Positions 19,161-28,944 of a stretch of 64,000 bases of DNA are shown here, piece by piece. Position 1 is the first letter of the stretch; every line of letters starts with the position of its first letter. Origin of the DNA: Sphingomonadales bacterium (lineage in GTDB: Bacteria; Bacteroidota; Bacteroidia; NS11-12g; UBA955). A program made the translations under genes and the position numbers. Location of the stretch: contig VHBA01000001.1 of assembly GCA_016872175.1 (NCBI GenBank), positions 2,757 through 66,756 on the forward strand, in the 5' to 3' direction. The notes under the pieces are model-generated. The model made no database searches. It was not told where the DNA came from and saw only the letters and a list, made by a program, of their open reading frames with translations.

Positions 19161-20456
19161 ATGTTTGATCAGGTTTCTTCAAGCCAAAAAAGCATCTGCG
19201 TTATTGGTCTTGGTTATGTGGGGCTTCCCATAGCCCTCGAGTTTGCCCGTAAATTCAGGGTTGTGGGCTTTGATATCAACCATGAGCGTATTGCGCTTAT
19301 GCGGCAAGGTATTGACCCCAGTAAGGAAATAGAATCAAAAGAATTTGAAGGTCGAAACATTGTTTTCACCTCCAATGCTGATGATATAAAGGAATGCGGG
19401 GTGTACATCGTTGCAGTGCCCACACCCATCAATGAATCTAATGAACCTGAATTAAAGCCGCTCATCGGCGCAAGCACAGCGGTGGGTAAAGCCATCAGCA
19501 AGGGTGATTATGTGATTTATGAAAGCACTACCTATCCCGGCTGCACGGAAGAAGACTGTGTACCTGTGATTGAGCAGCTCAGTGGATTGAAGATGGGTGT
19601 TGATTTCAAGGTTGGATACTCTCCGGAACGCATCAATCCGGGTGATAAGGAACGCCCACTCACCAAAATTCTGAAAATTGTGAGCGGCAGCGATGAAGAG
19701 GCCTTGCAAAATGTTTCAAAACTGTACGCCAGTATTATCACAGCCGGTGTTTACGAAGCGGCATCTATCAAAGTAGCCGAAGCGGCAAAAATCATAGAAA
19801 ACACCCAGCGCGATGTTAATATTTCTCTGATGAATGAACTTTCCATGATTTTTAATAAAATCGGTATCAGTACCCATGATGTGATTGATGCAGCGGCTAC
19901 CAAGTGGAATTTCCACCGCTATCAGCCGGGGCTGGTTGGCGGACATTGCATAGGTGTAGATCCCTACTATTTATTGCACAAAGCAGAGGTAATGGGATTG
20001 CATCCGCGCGTAATAGCCGCAGGACGCTTTACCAATGACAACATGCCTGCCCACATCGCACAAAAAGCAATAAAAAAACTCAATGTGCGTGGCAAAGTGG
20101 TAAAGGATTGCCGTATTCTTATTATGGGTGCTACATTTAAAGAAAATGTGGCCGATATCCGCAACAGTAAAATTGTGGATGTTGTAAACGAACTGATATC
20201 CTATTCCGTGAACGTAGATGTGGTAGATCCATACGCAAGTTCTGAAGAACTGAAGCATGAATACAGATTCGGACTGGCTTCAGAACCTTGCGGTAAATAC
20301 GATGGTATTATACTGGCTGTTTCACATGACCAGTATAAAGATCTTCCCGCATCCTGGTTTGATCAGCATGCAACAGCAGATGGTTTCTTTTTCGATATAA
20401 AAGCGTTGTTCAGAAAACCTGAAAGCCGCCCGGCACTAGACTATTGGAGTTTATAA
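19161..20456 (+). CDS. Nucleotide-sugar 6-dehydrogenase (UDP-GlcNAc/GalNAc, TviB/WbpO-like)
   Basis: GLGYVG, YESTTYPG, YSPERINPGD, PGLVGGHCIGVDPYYL; TAATTTTG element at 19143. Confidence 0.93.
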   Translation: MFDQVSSSQKSICVIGLGYVGLPIALEFARKFRVVGFDINHERIALMRQGIDPSKEIESKEFEGRNIVFTSNADDIKECGVYIVAVPTPINESNEPELKPLIGASTAVGKAISKGDYVIYESTTYPGCTEEDCVPVIEQLSGLKMGVDFKVGYSPERINPGDKERPLTKILKIVSGSDEEALQNVSKLYASIITAGVYEAASIKVAEAAKIIENTQRDVNISLMNELSMIFNKIGISTHDVIDAAATKWNFHRYQPGLVGGHCIGVDPYYLLHKAEVMGLHPRVIAAGRFTNDNMPAHIAQKAIKKLNVRGKVVKDCRILIMGATFKENVADIRNSKIVDVVNELISYSVNVDVVDPYASSEELKHEYRFGLASEPCGKYDGIILAVSHDQYKDLPASWFDQHATADGFFFDIKALFRKPESRPALDYWSL

Positions 20457-21674
20457 CACTTCGGCCACCACAAACGTACTGCCGCCAATATAGACTGTGT
20501 CATGCTTTTCAGCATTGTTTTTTGCCGCTTTAAGCGCAAACTGAACACTGTCAAAAATATTTCCTTTTAGTCCGTGATTTTTAGCCTCGTTAGCAAGTAT
20601 ATGGGCGTCAAGTCCCCTGAAAATATTGGGTTTACAGAAATAGTACTCAGCGGAGGAGGGTAGAAGTGATATGATTTTGGTTAAATCTTTCTCTTTTACA
20701 ACGCCCAAAACTATGTGGAGCTTGCCTTTTAAAATCTTTTCCAGCTGTGCCATGGTATGTTTCAACCCATCGGGGTTGTGTGCCGTATCAGCAATTATTT
20801 GCGGTTCTACTTGTAACACTTCCCAGCGACCTTTCAGGCCTGTTAAGGATTTCACTTCCTGTAAAGCCTCCAAAACAAGGTGTTCTGAAAAGTGGTATCC
20901 CTGCAATTCAAGTGCTGTTATGGCAGCTTTTACCGTCCCCAGGTTTTTTTTCTGATATTCTCCCTTGAGAGCGCATTTTTCAATCCATCGGGCAGGTGGC
21001 GTAACGCCTAAAGTCATAACGGCGGAATTTTCTGAAGCATATTTTTCAAAAACAGGTAAGGTTTCAGGTAATACTTCTCCAACCACCACAGGTATATTGT
21101 TTTTAATAATACCGGCCTTTTCTGCAGCAATTTTGGGTAAAGTGTCTCCCAAAAACTCCATGTGATCCCAACCAATATTGGTAATTACGCTTAGTTCAGG
21201 AGTAATTATATTGGTGCTATCCAGCCTGCCACCCATGCCCACTTCAATTATGGCAATATCTACCTCAGATTTTTTAAAATAATCAAAAGACATACCTACC
21301 GTCAATTCAAAAAAAGACGGCGATATTTTATCGATTAGTGGCTTCATCGATTCCGTGAATTCAACCACAAAATCTTTTGGAATCATCTGTCCGTTTACCC
21401 GAATGCGCTCCCGGAAATCTACTAGGTGAGGGGAAGTGTAAAGTCCTGTTTTATAGCCCTGTTTGGTAAAAATGGCAGCCAGCATGGAACTTACAGAACC
21501 TTTACCGTTTGTTCCGCCCACATGAATACATTTAAAGTTGTTCTGAGGATTTTCCAGCGCATCGCATAATGCGATAGTATTGTCAAGATTTGCTTTGTAG
21601 GCAGCAGCACCAATATGTTGAAAAACAGGCAATCTGGAATAAAGAAATTCCAGGGTTTCCTCATATGTTGGCAT
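20451..21674 (-). CDS. folC: Folylpolyglutamate synthase/dihydrofolate synthase
   Basis: HVGGTNGKGS, YTSPHL, EVGMGGRLDSTN, EKAGIIK, DTAHN. Confidence 0.96.
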   Translation of the reverse strand: MPTYEETLEFLYSRLPVFQHIGAAAYKANLDNTIALCDALENPQNNFKCIHVGGTNGKGSVSSMLAAIFTKQGYKTGLYTSPHLVDFRERIRVNGQMIPKDFVVEFTESMKPLIDKISPSFFELTVGMSFDYFKKSEVDIAIIEVGMGGRLDSTNIITPELSVITNIGWDHMEFLGDTLPKIAAEKAGIIKNNIPVVVGEVLPETLPVFEKYASENSAVMTLGVTPPARWIEKCALKGEYQKKNLGTVKAAITALELQGYHFSEHLVLEALQEVKSLTGLKGRWEVLQVEPQIIADTAHNPDGLKHTMAQLEKILKGKLHIVLGVVKEKDLTKIISLLPSSAEYYFCKPNIFRGLDAHILANEAKNHGLKGNIFDSVQFALKAAKNNAEKHDTVYIGGSTFVVAEVL

Positions 21675-21678
21675 ACTG

Positions 21679-22491
21679 TTAAAGACTGGGTCTTATGGTA
21701 ACAGAAACTTTTCCTGTCTCGGGGCAAGTTTCACCTGTTTTTTTGAAAGTTGATCTAGACAACACATTGGTAAAAACAGCCTTGGCATCACTGCCAGTAT
21801 AGTTGGTGCCTGCCGCTTCACCCCCCAGAATTTTGAAATTTCCATAACAGTCAACTTTTACTTCAAACACAATGGTGCCTGTGCCCTGTGCGTCCACTTG
21901 TTCTACATCAGACAACAGCTTAAAATTGGTAAATTTTGCACTGATAAGGCCTTTACCTCTATTTCCTGGGTTGTTGCCGGTATTATCACCTTTAACTCTA
22001 CCGGTATTTTTACCCCCTCCACTACCGGTTTTACCTTTACCGTCTTTCCATCCGTTTGGCGTGCCATCCTGAGATCCACCGGTTCTTTTACCTGTAGGTA
22101 ATCTTTTGGCCAGATTTGGATCGAGCTGATCTCCCCTTTTCGGGGGATCAATAGGAGGAAGATTCATGTTGTCCTCACCTTCATTGGTGATGTTTTTGCC
22201 TTCACCTCCATTCTGCGTTGGGTTTCCGCCTGATTGCCCTCCGTTGTCTCCTTGGGCAGGAGGTGTTTGAGAGGGTCCCCCGTCAGTGGGATTACCAAAA
22301 CCACCATCAACTACCCCCATATCCAATTCCAGCACACCCTCCTTAACTTCAAAGGGAGGATTGGGCATGCTTATACGCATAAACCAAAGTAAACCAATAA
22401 GTATGGCAGAAACTATCAATGACAGTGCAGCACTTTTGGCTTTTTCGCCCGGAGTGCTGTCTAATTTTTCTTCAACCAGATAATGAGCCAT
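21679..22491 (-). CDS. TonB-like/TolA-like energy-transducer protein
   Basis: Single N-terminal TM helix, Gly/Pro-rich linker, C-terminal GTIVFEVKVDCYG domain. Confidence 0.6.
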   Translation of the reverse strand: MAHYLVEEKLDSTPGEKAKSAALSLIVSAILIGLLWFMRISMPNPPFEVKEGVLELDMGVVDGGFGNPTDGGPSQTPPAQGDNGGQSGGNPTQNGGEGKNITNEGEDNMNLPPIDPPKRGDQLDPNLAKRLPTGKRTGGSQDGTPNGWKDGKGKTGSGGGKNTGRVKGDNTGNNPGNRGKGLISAKFTNFKLLSDVEQVDAQGTGTIVFEVKVDCYGNFKILGGEAAGTNYTGSDAKAVFTNVLSRSTFKKTGETCPETGKVSVTIRPSL

Positions 22492-22493
22492 AT

Positions 22494-23543
22494 TTATTCG
22501 AATGCGAGTTGGGCATCAAGCAAACCTGCATGATAACCAGCGCTTATGGGTATAGACTCTAAAAAAACACTGGCTGTTTTTTCATTTTCAAATCTTCCAA
22601 TAATTACCTTAACAAGAGAGCTGCCTTTTTTCTGCCCTATTACCGCAGGAATTCCGGATTTTTTCCAAGTATTACATTCGATTACTGCAAGGTTGTGACT
22701 CATATAAGATCCACCACATACGAAAATATGTCCTTGACCGCTTTTAATCTGTTCCATCCCCATATTCATTCCTTCTTCAGTTAAAAGGGAAACGAAAGGA
22801 ACAGCTTTTTTATTGGCTGAAGTTGTAATTTCTTCCTTTTCAGTCACAGTAGGAGCTGAGGGTATGGACGATGCCAGTTGCACATGTTGTTTTTTATGGC
22901 TGAATTTTCCGAAGTATACAGCCGCTGCCGATAAACCTAATATGCAAACGGATGCCGCAATTTTCCAAATAAAGCCATATGATTTCTGACGGGTGATTTT
23001 AAGTTCAACGACTTCAGCTTCCTGAATTTCTTCAGCAGTATTAGGAATGGCTTTTTCCCGGACGACTTCACTTTTATTCGTCAATTCAACACGTGTGTGT
23101 ATTGAACCGGCCCCGATATGGTCCTTGAAAATAATAGGAGCCAGACCAAAGGCGTGTTTGCTTAGGTTTAGGGGAGTAACAGGTAGAAATAGATATTTTC
23201 CATCATTGTGCAAGAAGAAATTTCCAAGCTTACCCAATGCCAGGCTTCTGTTAGATTTTAATTTTAAGGTTATGGTATCAACCAAAGTTTGAATGGCTTG
23301 ATTTGCTGTTGTGTAATCACAGCCGTGGTTATATCGCCAGTGTGTGAGCAGCAAGCCATCGTCTGAAGTAATGGCAGGGTTGAAAAAAAGTGTTTGCCCG
23401 GAAGGCTTAATTTCGCCGGTGAAAGGATTTGCTGATGCCGGATAAGAGCGCAACAGAAATGCACCTAAATTAGGAATGATTACACATTCATGGGTGCTAA
23501 GCAATTCTGTAAGGGCTGTTTCTAATTTTTGCAAATCGGTCAT
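22494..23543 (-). CDS. HU-CCDC81-domain / SPOR-domain membrane protein
   Basis: ELLSTHECVIIPNLGAF...FNP...DDGLL N-terminus, central TM helix, SPOR-like C-terminus (VIIGRF). Confidence 0.8.
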   Translation of the reverse strand: MTDLQKLETALTELLSTHECVIIPNLGAFLLRSYPASANPFTGEIKPSGQTLFFNPAITSDDGLLLTHWRYNHGCDYTTANQAIQTLVDTITLKLKSNRSLALGKLGNFFLHNDGKYLFLPVTPLNLSKHAFGLAPIIFKDHIGAGSIHTRVELTNKSEVVREKAIPNTAEEIQEAEVVELKITRQKSYGFIWKIAASVCILGLSAAAVYFGKFSHKKQHVQLASSIPSAPTVTEKEEITTSANKKAVPFVSLLTEEGMNMGMEQIKSGQGHIFVCGGSYMSHNLAVIECNTWKKSGIPAVIGQKKGSSLVKVIIGRFENEKTASVFLESIPISAGYHAGLLDAQLAFE

Positions 23544-23574
23544 ACGTACAAAATTAAAGGGCTTTTGTCACAAA

Positions 23575-25200
23575 TCAAAATCCGGCTGAAACGCCTCCCA
23601 TTATAGTGAGACCAAAATTATTGTATCCATACCATTGCTGGTATTTTTGGGCTAGCAGGTTACTGCCTTGAACCCATATTCTTAACAAGTTTTTAACCTT
23701 ATAATCTACTCGAAGATTCATGTCAATGAAGCCCTTCATTTCGAGTTGTTGCCCTGTATACTGAATTGTATTATACCTGCGGCTCATACCGTCTAATCCC
23801 AATTGGGTAACCAGGTTTTTATTAACATAGTATTGACCGGAAAGCGCATAGGTAAAGTTGGGCAAATGCCAGGCCTGCAACTGGTCATTGGTTGTATAAT
23901 TGTTAAATTTACAATTGGCCCCCACACGAAGTTTTTCTCCCACTGAAAAACGTAAATCAGCGGCAAAGTAGAGATTGTTAATATTGTCATATACAATCTG
24001 AAGGCTATTGATACTGTCATTATTCGTAACCACAAGCGGCATTTTAGAAGTAGTATTATTCCCAAATTCAACCATAAATTGTGAATTATTGGTAATGCTA
24101 CCCTTTAAACCGGCGTAAACCCGCAGTTGGTCGTAGGAGTTGGTAACCTGAATGCTGTCATAGGTAAAAGGAACCATTTCAAAATACCTTCTGATGGAGT
24201 TTTTTCTGAGACCACCGTCAACACCACCATACATTTTCATCTTAAGACCTTCCAGTTTCTTTTCTGCCATTATCACTGGGTTTAAGTAAAACAACGGTGA
24301 TGAAGAGTCAGTAAAAACCCATGTCATATTCAAGCCGCCGGTAAAGTCAACGTCTGTTTCTTTGATTTTCATCGTGATTCGCGGTGTCGCATCCACAAAA
24401 TATTGTTGTCTGGTGCTGAAGTTCTGCCTGAACTGCAGGCTGGTAAGTTCTACCCATCCTGAAGAGCCAATGGATTTAACGCCGGCATCCCAGCCTATTT
24501 TTCCTGCAAATTCAGTTTCACTCTGATTCAGGTTGTTATAAAAATTATTAAACTTAAAACCTGCGCCAATTCCGGGTTTTTTACCATCCCGTTTCATATC
24601 ATACAATACATTGAAACCCAGGTTTTGTCCTGTCTTTTTAATTAGAGCTGCATCTTTTTCATAGAAAGTATCTTTGGCAAAAAAACGATTCATATCCCTG
24701 CTGTAATTGAGTCTTACATCCATGCTGCTTCGCTTGTAAAAACGAGAGCCACCAAGATAGGCCCGGTTTGTACTGAAATCCTGGTATGTTTTTTCAGCAT
24801 CTGCGCTGAGGTGCTGAAATGATGCATTGTACGCCCACTTATCAGCAGCGCGGCTGCCTACGAACAGCTCCATAAGTTTGTGGCTGTAGTTGCCTCCTCC
24901 CATGCGTGCATAATTTGGGTTATAAATAGTGTCCAGGCCGGGTTCAAAATGCTTAACAGGAGGCATTATGCGGGCAATTTTCCTGGTGTTCCATTTGAAA
25001 TCCTGTGGCATGTAGTTTATATCAAAGGGATATTTACCTGCCTTCGGAACCGTGGGATCTATAAGTAGCTTATTGGCAGATAACAACCTTGGCTTAAACG
25101 CTGTGGAAACAGTTGTGCCATCGTCAAAGCCAGAGGTGTTCTGTGCTTGCAGCGTAATTAGAAATACACCTGACAACGCGGTTAATACTTGTTTATACAT
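23575..25200 (-). CDS. Outer-membrane beta-barrel protein (TonB-dependent-receptor-like barrel, no plug evident)
   Basis: Signal peptide ending AQ, amphipathic strands, NLLAQKYQQWYGY, terminal Phe. Confidence 0.7.
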   Translation of the reverse strand: MYKQVLTALSGVFLITLQAQNTSGFDDGTTVSTAFKPRLLSANKLLIDPTVPKAGKYPFDINYMPQDFKWNTRKIARIMPPVKHFEPGLDTIYNPNYARMGGGNYSHKLMELFVGSRAADKWAYNASFQHLSADAEKTYQDFSTNRAYLGGSRFYKRSSMDVRLNYSRDMNRFFAKDTFYEKDAALIKKTGQNLGFNVLYDMKRDGKKPGIGAGFKFNNFYNNLNQSETEFAGKIGWDAGVKSIGSSGWVELTSLQFRQNFSTRQQYFVDATPRITMKIKETDVDFTGGLNMTWVFTDSSSPLFYLNPVIMAEKKLEGLKMKMYGGVDGGLRKNSIRRYFEMVPFTYDSIQVTNSYDQLRVYAGLKGSITNNSQFMVEFGNNTTSKMPLVVTNNDSINSLQIVYDNINNLYFAADLRFSVGEKLRVGANCKFNNYTTNDQLQAWHLPNFTYALSGQYYVNKNLVTQLGLDGMSRRYNTIQYTGQQLEMKGFIDMNLRVDYKVKNLLRIWVQGSNLLAQKYQQWYGYNNFGLTIMGGVSAGF

Positions 25201-25417
25201 ACAATGATAGGCAAATATAGAATGTTGATGAATGCGGTTTTTGGGTTAGTTATAGACACTATGTGGTTAGAAGTGGGCTTTTTACATGATAGGTGACTAT
25301 TTTTGAAAACAATATTTAACAGTTAAACGATTCTCCGATTGGTTTATTGTCTTTGTTACAGTACTATGTAAGGCCTGAAATAATTGTATTGCTATTGTAT
25401 TTACTATTTCTATTTCT

Positions 25418-25431
25418 TATCTTTGCAGCCC
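25418..25431 (+). promoter_or_regulatory. -7 element TATCTTTG plus CAGCCC for rplU-rpmA
   Basis: TAnnTTTG consensus; the same 14-mer lies upstream of rpmB. Confidence 0.75.
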
Positions 25432-25460
25432 TTTTTGAGGAAAAACTATAAAACTAAGTT

Positions 25461-25805
25461 ATGTACGCCATTGTAGAAATAGCCGGAAGACAGTACAGGG
25501 TAGAAGAAAACAAATACCTGATTGTAAACCGCATCACCGCCAAAGAGGGTGATAATTTAACCTTTGACAAGGTGCTGATGATCAGCGACAAAGGGAAAGC
25601 CAAAGTAGGAGAGCCCACCATCAAAGGTGCTGTGGTTTCTGCTACTGTTGAAAAACATGGTCGCGGCGAGAAAGTGGTAGTTTTCAAAAAGAAACGCCGC
25701 AAAGGTTATACCGTGCGCAACGGGCACCGTCAGGATTTGACCCGTATCAAAATCACAAGCATTAAAACCAAGGCTGAAAAGGCAGCAACAACCGAAGAAA
25801 ATTAA
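25461..25805 (+). CDS. rplU: 50S ribosomal protein L21
   Basis: [26 protein letters not shown]. Confidence 0.98.
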   Translation: MYAIVEIAGRQYRVEENKYLIVNRITAKEGDNLTFDKVLMISDKGKAKVGEPTIKGAVVSATVEKHGRGEKVVVFKKKRRKGYTVRNGHRQDLTRIKITSIKTKAEKAATTEEN

Positions 25806-25810
25806 TCATC

Positions 25811-26071
25811 ATGGCACATAAAAAAGGTGTAGGTAGTAGTAAAAACGGACGCGAATCGCACAGCAAACGTCTGGGTGTTAAAATATTTGGCGGACAGGTA
25901 GTTAAAGCAGGCAACATTATCGTTCGCCAGCGTGGCACCAAACATCACCCCGATGTGAACGTAGGTATCGGTAAAGACCATACGCTTTTTGCTTTGGCAG
26001 ATGGCGTGGTGCAGTTCCGTAAAACCCGCGAGGGTCGCAGCAAAGTGTCCGTAGTTCAGGCCCAAGCCTAA
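25811..26071 (+). CDS. rpmA: 50S ribosomal protein L27
   Basis: [24 protein letters not shown]. Confidence 0.99.
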   Translation: MAHKKGVGSSKNGRESHSKRLGVKIFGGQVVKAGNIIVRQRGTKHHPDVNVGIGKDHTLFALADGVVQFRKTREGRSKVSVVQAQA

Positions 26072-26090
26072 CAAATCAAAACATTCAATG

Positions 26091-26121
26091 AAAAGGGACA
26101 TCCAATGGTGTCCCTTTTTTT
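26091..26121 (+). terminator. Intrinsic terminator after rpmA
   Basis: AAAAGGGACA...TGTCCCTTTTTTT. Confidence 0.85.
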
Positions 26122-26153
26122 ATTACACGATTAATCTTCCTAACTTTGCCAAC

Positions 26154-26672
26154 ATGTCGGAAAAAAACAGCAAAACATCCAAAGAGTCCTACACCATTAT
26201 GAATGAAATCGTTTTGCCTAATGATACCAACACATTAGGGAATTTGATGGGAGGACGATTGTTGCACTGGATGGATATATGTGCCGCCATATCCGCACAG
26301 AAACACAGCAATAACATTGTGGTTACTGCATCTGTTGACAGTGTTTCATTTAAAGAGAGCATCCGCTTGGGCGATGTGGTGACCCTGGAGGCATGGGTTA
26401 CCCGCGCTTTCAATACTTCTATGGAAGTATATATTGAGGTGTTTGCCCAAAATATTCCCAAAGGTGAAAAAATACGCTGCAACGAGGCGTATTATACTTT
26501 TGTAGCGCTCGATAGCCGCAATAAACCGGCGCCTGTACCTGAGTTAAAACCGGAAACAGAGGATGAGCAAAAAAAGTATGAAGGTGCGCTAAGAAGAAGG
26601 CAGGTAAGGCTCATTTTGGCAGGTAAAATGAAGCCTGAAGAAGCCCAGGAGTTGAAAAACCTGTTTGTATAA
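26154..26672 (+). CDS. Hot-dog acyl-CoA thioesterase (YciA-like)
   Basis: VLPNDTNTLGNLMGGRLLHWMD, VVTASVD; ATG 26154 follows TAACTTTG (26141-26148). Confidence 0.92.
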   Translation: MSEKNSKTSKESYTIMNEIVLPNDTNTLGNLMGGRLLHWMDICAAISAQKHSNNIVVTASVDSVSFKESIRLGDVVTLEAWVTRAFNTSMEVYIEVFAQNIPKGEKIRCNEAYYTFVALDSRNKPAPVPELKPETEDEQKKYEGALRRRQVRLILAGKMKPEEAQELKNLFV

Positions 26673-26771
26673 GTCTTAATTTCTTAACTACACTGATTTA
26701 CGGCACCCGCATGTCGAAGCAGGTCATAATTATTTTTTTACAGCGAATTCAATTTTGTAGCCCCAATAAAA

Positions 26772-27000
26772 ATGGCTATGAAAAAGAAAAGGGCTGCGAT
26801 TGAAAGTTACCGGTCTTTCCGGGGCACAAAATATTGAAGTTAAAATCAACAATATGACGGGCGCAGAAGTCAACAGACAGATTTTCAGTGCACAAGACAA
26901 CAATGATTGGATGGAGTTACGGGATATTCCTCAGGGTTTTTATACACTTACTGTATCCAGCAGTGAAAACAGGTGGGTTCGAAAAGTGATGGTGAAATAA
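26772..27000 (+). pseudogene. Orphan T9SS type-A C-terminal sorting-domain fragment
   Basis: 66-aa frame 26800-27000 with INNMTG, IPQGFYTLTV and RKVMVK end, but no YPNP motif, cargo or signal peptide; out-of-frame ATG GCT ATG AAA AAG AAA just upstream. Confidence 0.55.
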
Positions 27001-27004
27001 CAGG

Positions 27005-28006
27005 TTATTTCATCAAGCCGATTTCCCGCAGTCGTTCATGCAGAAACTCAATGGCAGTGCAGTCTTCGTACTTTTTGGGATTGTCTTCACTTGTGCAGCT
27101 TTCCAGACAAGCCAGTGATACATCGGGGCGGGGATGCATGAAAAAAGGTATGGAATAGCGGGGAAGGTGCCATTGCTCACGTGGGGGATTCACCACCCTG
27201 TGGGTTGTGCTGCGCAACCTGTCGTTGGTCAAACGTTGCAACATATCTCCAACATTTATGATGATGTGATCTTCCACCTCGGTTACACCAACATATACAC
27301 CCTGTCTGCTCAATACCTCGAGCCCATCCGCGCTTGCGCCTACCAGAAGTGTAATGAGATTAATATCTTCATGTTCGCCTGCCCTAATAGAGCCATTGGG
27401 TTCGGCATTGATGGGCGGATAATGAATGGGGCGTAAAATACTGTTTCCATTGTGCACTTTATCATCAAAATAGTTTTCAGGCTGATTCAGGTATAGGGCA
27501 ATGGCTCTGAGCATTTGTATACCAGTGGATTCAAGCGCACGGTAAATATCCTTGCCAACCTTGTTGAATGCAGGAATTTCATTCACATATTTATTGGATA
27601 GATAAAAATCTTTAAGCGAATCGCCATCTTCTACCCATTGTCCAAAATGCCAGAATTCCTTTAAATCTCCGGCGTTTGAATTTTTTGCATGCTCCTTGCC
27701 AAATCCGGTATAACCGCGTTGTCCGCCGCCATCTGTGTCATCATATTGTAGTTTGGTTTCAACCGGCAATTCAAAGAATGCCCGTACCTGATTGTAAAGT
27801 TCCTTTAGCAGATTGCCATCAACACCGTGGTTTCTGATGGCCACAAAACCAATGTCTTCATAGGCTTTTCCAAGTGATGAAACAAATTGCATTTTTTGGG
27901 CTTCGGTGCCCTGTGTAAAGTCGGCCAAATCAAGTTTGGGAACAGCAGATAGATATTGTGTAGTCAATGTAAAGAGGGTTTTAGAGGTCAATTTCAAGGA
28001 GCGCAA
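27005..28006 (-). CDS. 2-oxoglutarate/Fe(II) oxygenase (isopenicillin N synthase family)
   Basis: GFVAIRNHG, HYPP, HEDINL (HxD), STTHRV, RYS; true start may be slightly downstream (e.g. TTG 27967). Confidence 0.92.
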   Translation of the reverse strand: MRSLKLTSKTLFTLTTQYLSAVPKLDLADFTQGTEAQKMQFVSSLGKAYEDIGFVAIRNHGVDGNLLKELYNQVRAFFELPVETKLQYDDTDGGGQRGYTGFGKEHAKNSNAGDLKEFWHFGQWVEDGDSLKDFYLSNKYVNEIPAFNKVGKDIYRALESTGIQMLRAIALYLNQPENYFDDKVHNGNSILRPIHYPPINAEPNGSIRAGEHEDINLITLLVGASADGLEVLSRQGVYVGVTEVEDHIIINVGDMLQRLTNDRLRSTTHRVVNPPREQWHLPRYSIPFFMHPRPDVSLACLESCTSEDNPKKYEDCTAIEFLHERLREIGLMK

Positions 28007-28595
28007 GTAATGCTATGAAAATACTGATTAGTCCTAAAATGCCATAACGGAAACCGCCAAACATAGATAGTGTCAACAGAAAGCAAAGGAAGCAAATCCA
28101 GAATAAGTTATCGGTTTCTCTTTTTATAAGATAATAGGCAATGGGAGGAATTGCAAAGCACAAAATCAAATAGAAAAACCAACGCAGACTGCCAGCATCG
28201 GGATTGTCTTTCCCGTTATTATTGGTTTGGTTGTTGTTAGAAATTTTGTTTGGTTGATTTTTACTAAATGATTTGGTCAAAAGTTGTTTAGAAGAGTACT
28301 TTAAGAATTTAGCGGAATTTTTATGCTCTGTAATAGCATGTGTCGAAGCTTTTTCTGACTGTGAAATTTCCTTAGCGTAAACAGGGAATAGAAAGGGTTT
28401 ATCTTCTTTGATATTTTGCAGTTTAACAACTTCAACTGTTTTAAAATCGTTTTGTTTTTTTTGTTGTGAAGGTTTTATTGCTGTTGTACCAAACATAGCA
28501 TTGCCTTCCATGCCACGTTCAGATATTTTCACAGTGCTGCAGGCGGTTGCGGATAGCAAAACAGCAACCGATAGCAAATAATATAGTCGACGCAT
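27981..28595 (-). CDS. Lipoprotein with C-terminal YqaE/Pmp3-like membrane domain
   Basis: Lipobox LLSATAC, polar Asn/Lys-rich linker, C-terminal ILCFAIPPIAYY plus hydrophobic helices. Confidence 0.65.
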   Translation of the reverse strand: MRRLYYLLSVAVLLSATACSTVKISERGMEGNAMFGTTAIKPSQQKKQNDFKTVEVVKLQNIKEDKPFLFPVYAKEISQSEKASTHAITEHKNSAKFLKYSSKQLLTKSFSKNQPNKISNNNQTNNNGKDNPDAGSLRWFFYLILCFAIPPIAYYLIKRETDNLFWICFLCFLLTLSMFGGFRYGILGLISIFIALLALLEIDL

Positions 28596-28671
28596 AACAG
28601 ATTATATGTGCAAACCTAACCAAAAAATGGTTTTTAGAAAAAGACTCAAGTCGTCTTTTTGAAAAAAAGTT

Positions 28672-28905
28672 CTAAACTGCCTCGGTATGGCTGTCATGAG
28701 AATGCTCACTGATTATAGCCAGTGTGGTGGGGTGGGGCTCTTCTTGAATGGTGTTTAACAGTTGTTTAGACTGCAATACCGATTGATAGAAGTTCCTCAA
28801 TTCGGGGTCACCGGCCATGGCATTTTCAGCCATTTTGCGTTCATCAGCACTAAGTTCTCCGTAGGCCAGTAAAATCAATAGTTCCTGAGTAGTATTTTGT
28901 GTCAT
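28672..28905 (-). CDS. Small protein downstream of ECF sigma factor (anti-sigma-like)
   Basis: LLAYGELSADERKMAENAMAGDPELR resembles an anti-sigma N-terminal helix bundle without Zn ligands; ATG 28905 preferred over 28944. Confidence 0.6.
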   Translation of the reverse strand: MTQNTTQELLILLAYGELSADERKMAENAMAGDPELRNFYQSVLQSKQLLNTIQEEPHPTTLAIISEHSHDSHTEAV

Positions 28906-28944
28906 AGGCTTGATTATGCAGCTATAACGCAAAATACCTGACAA

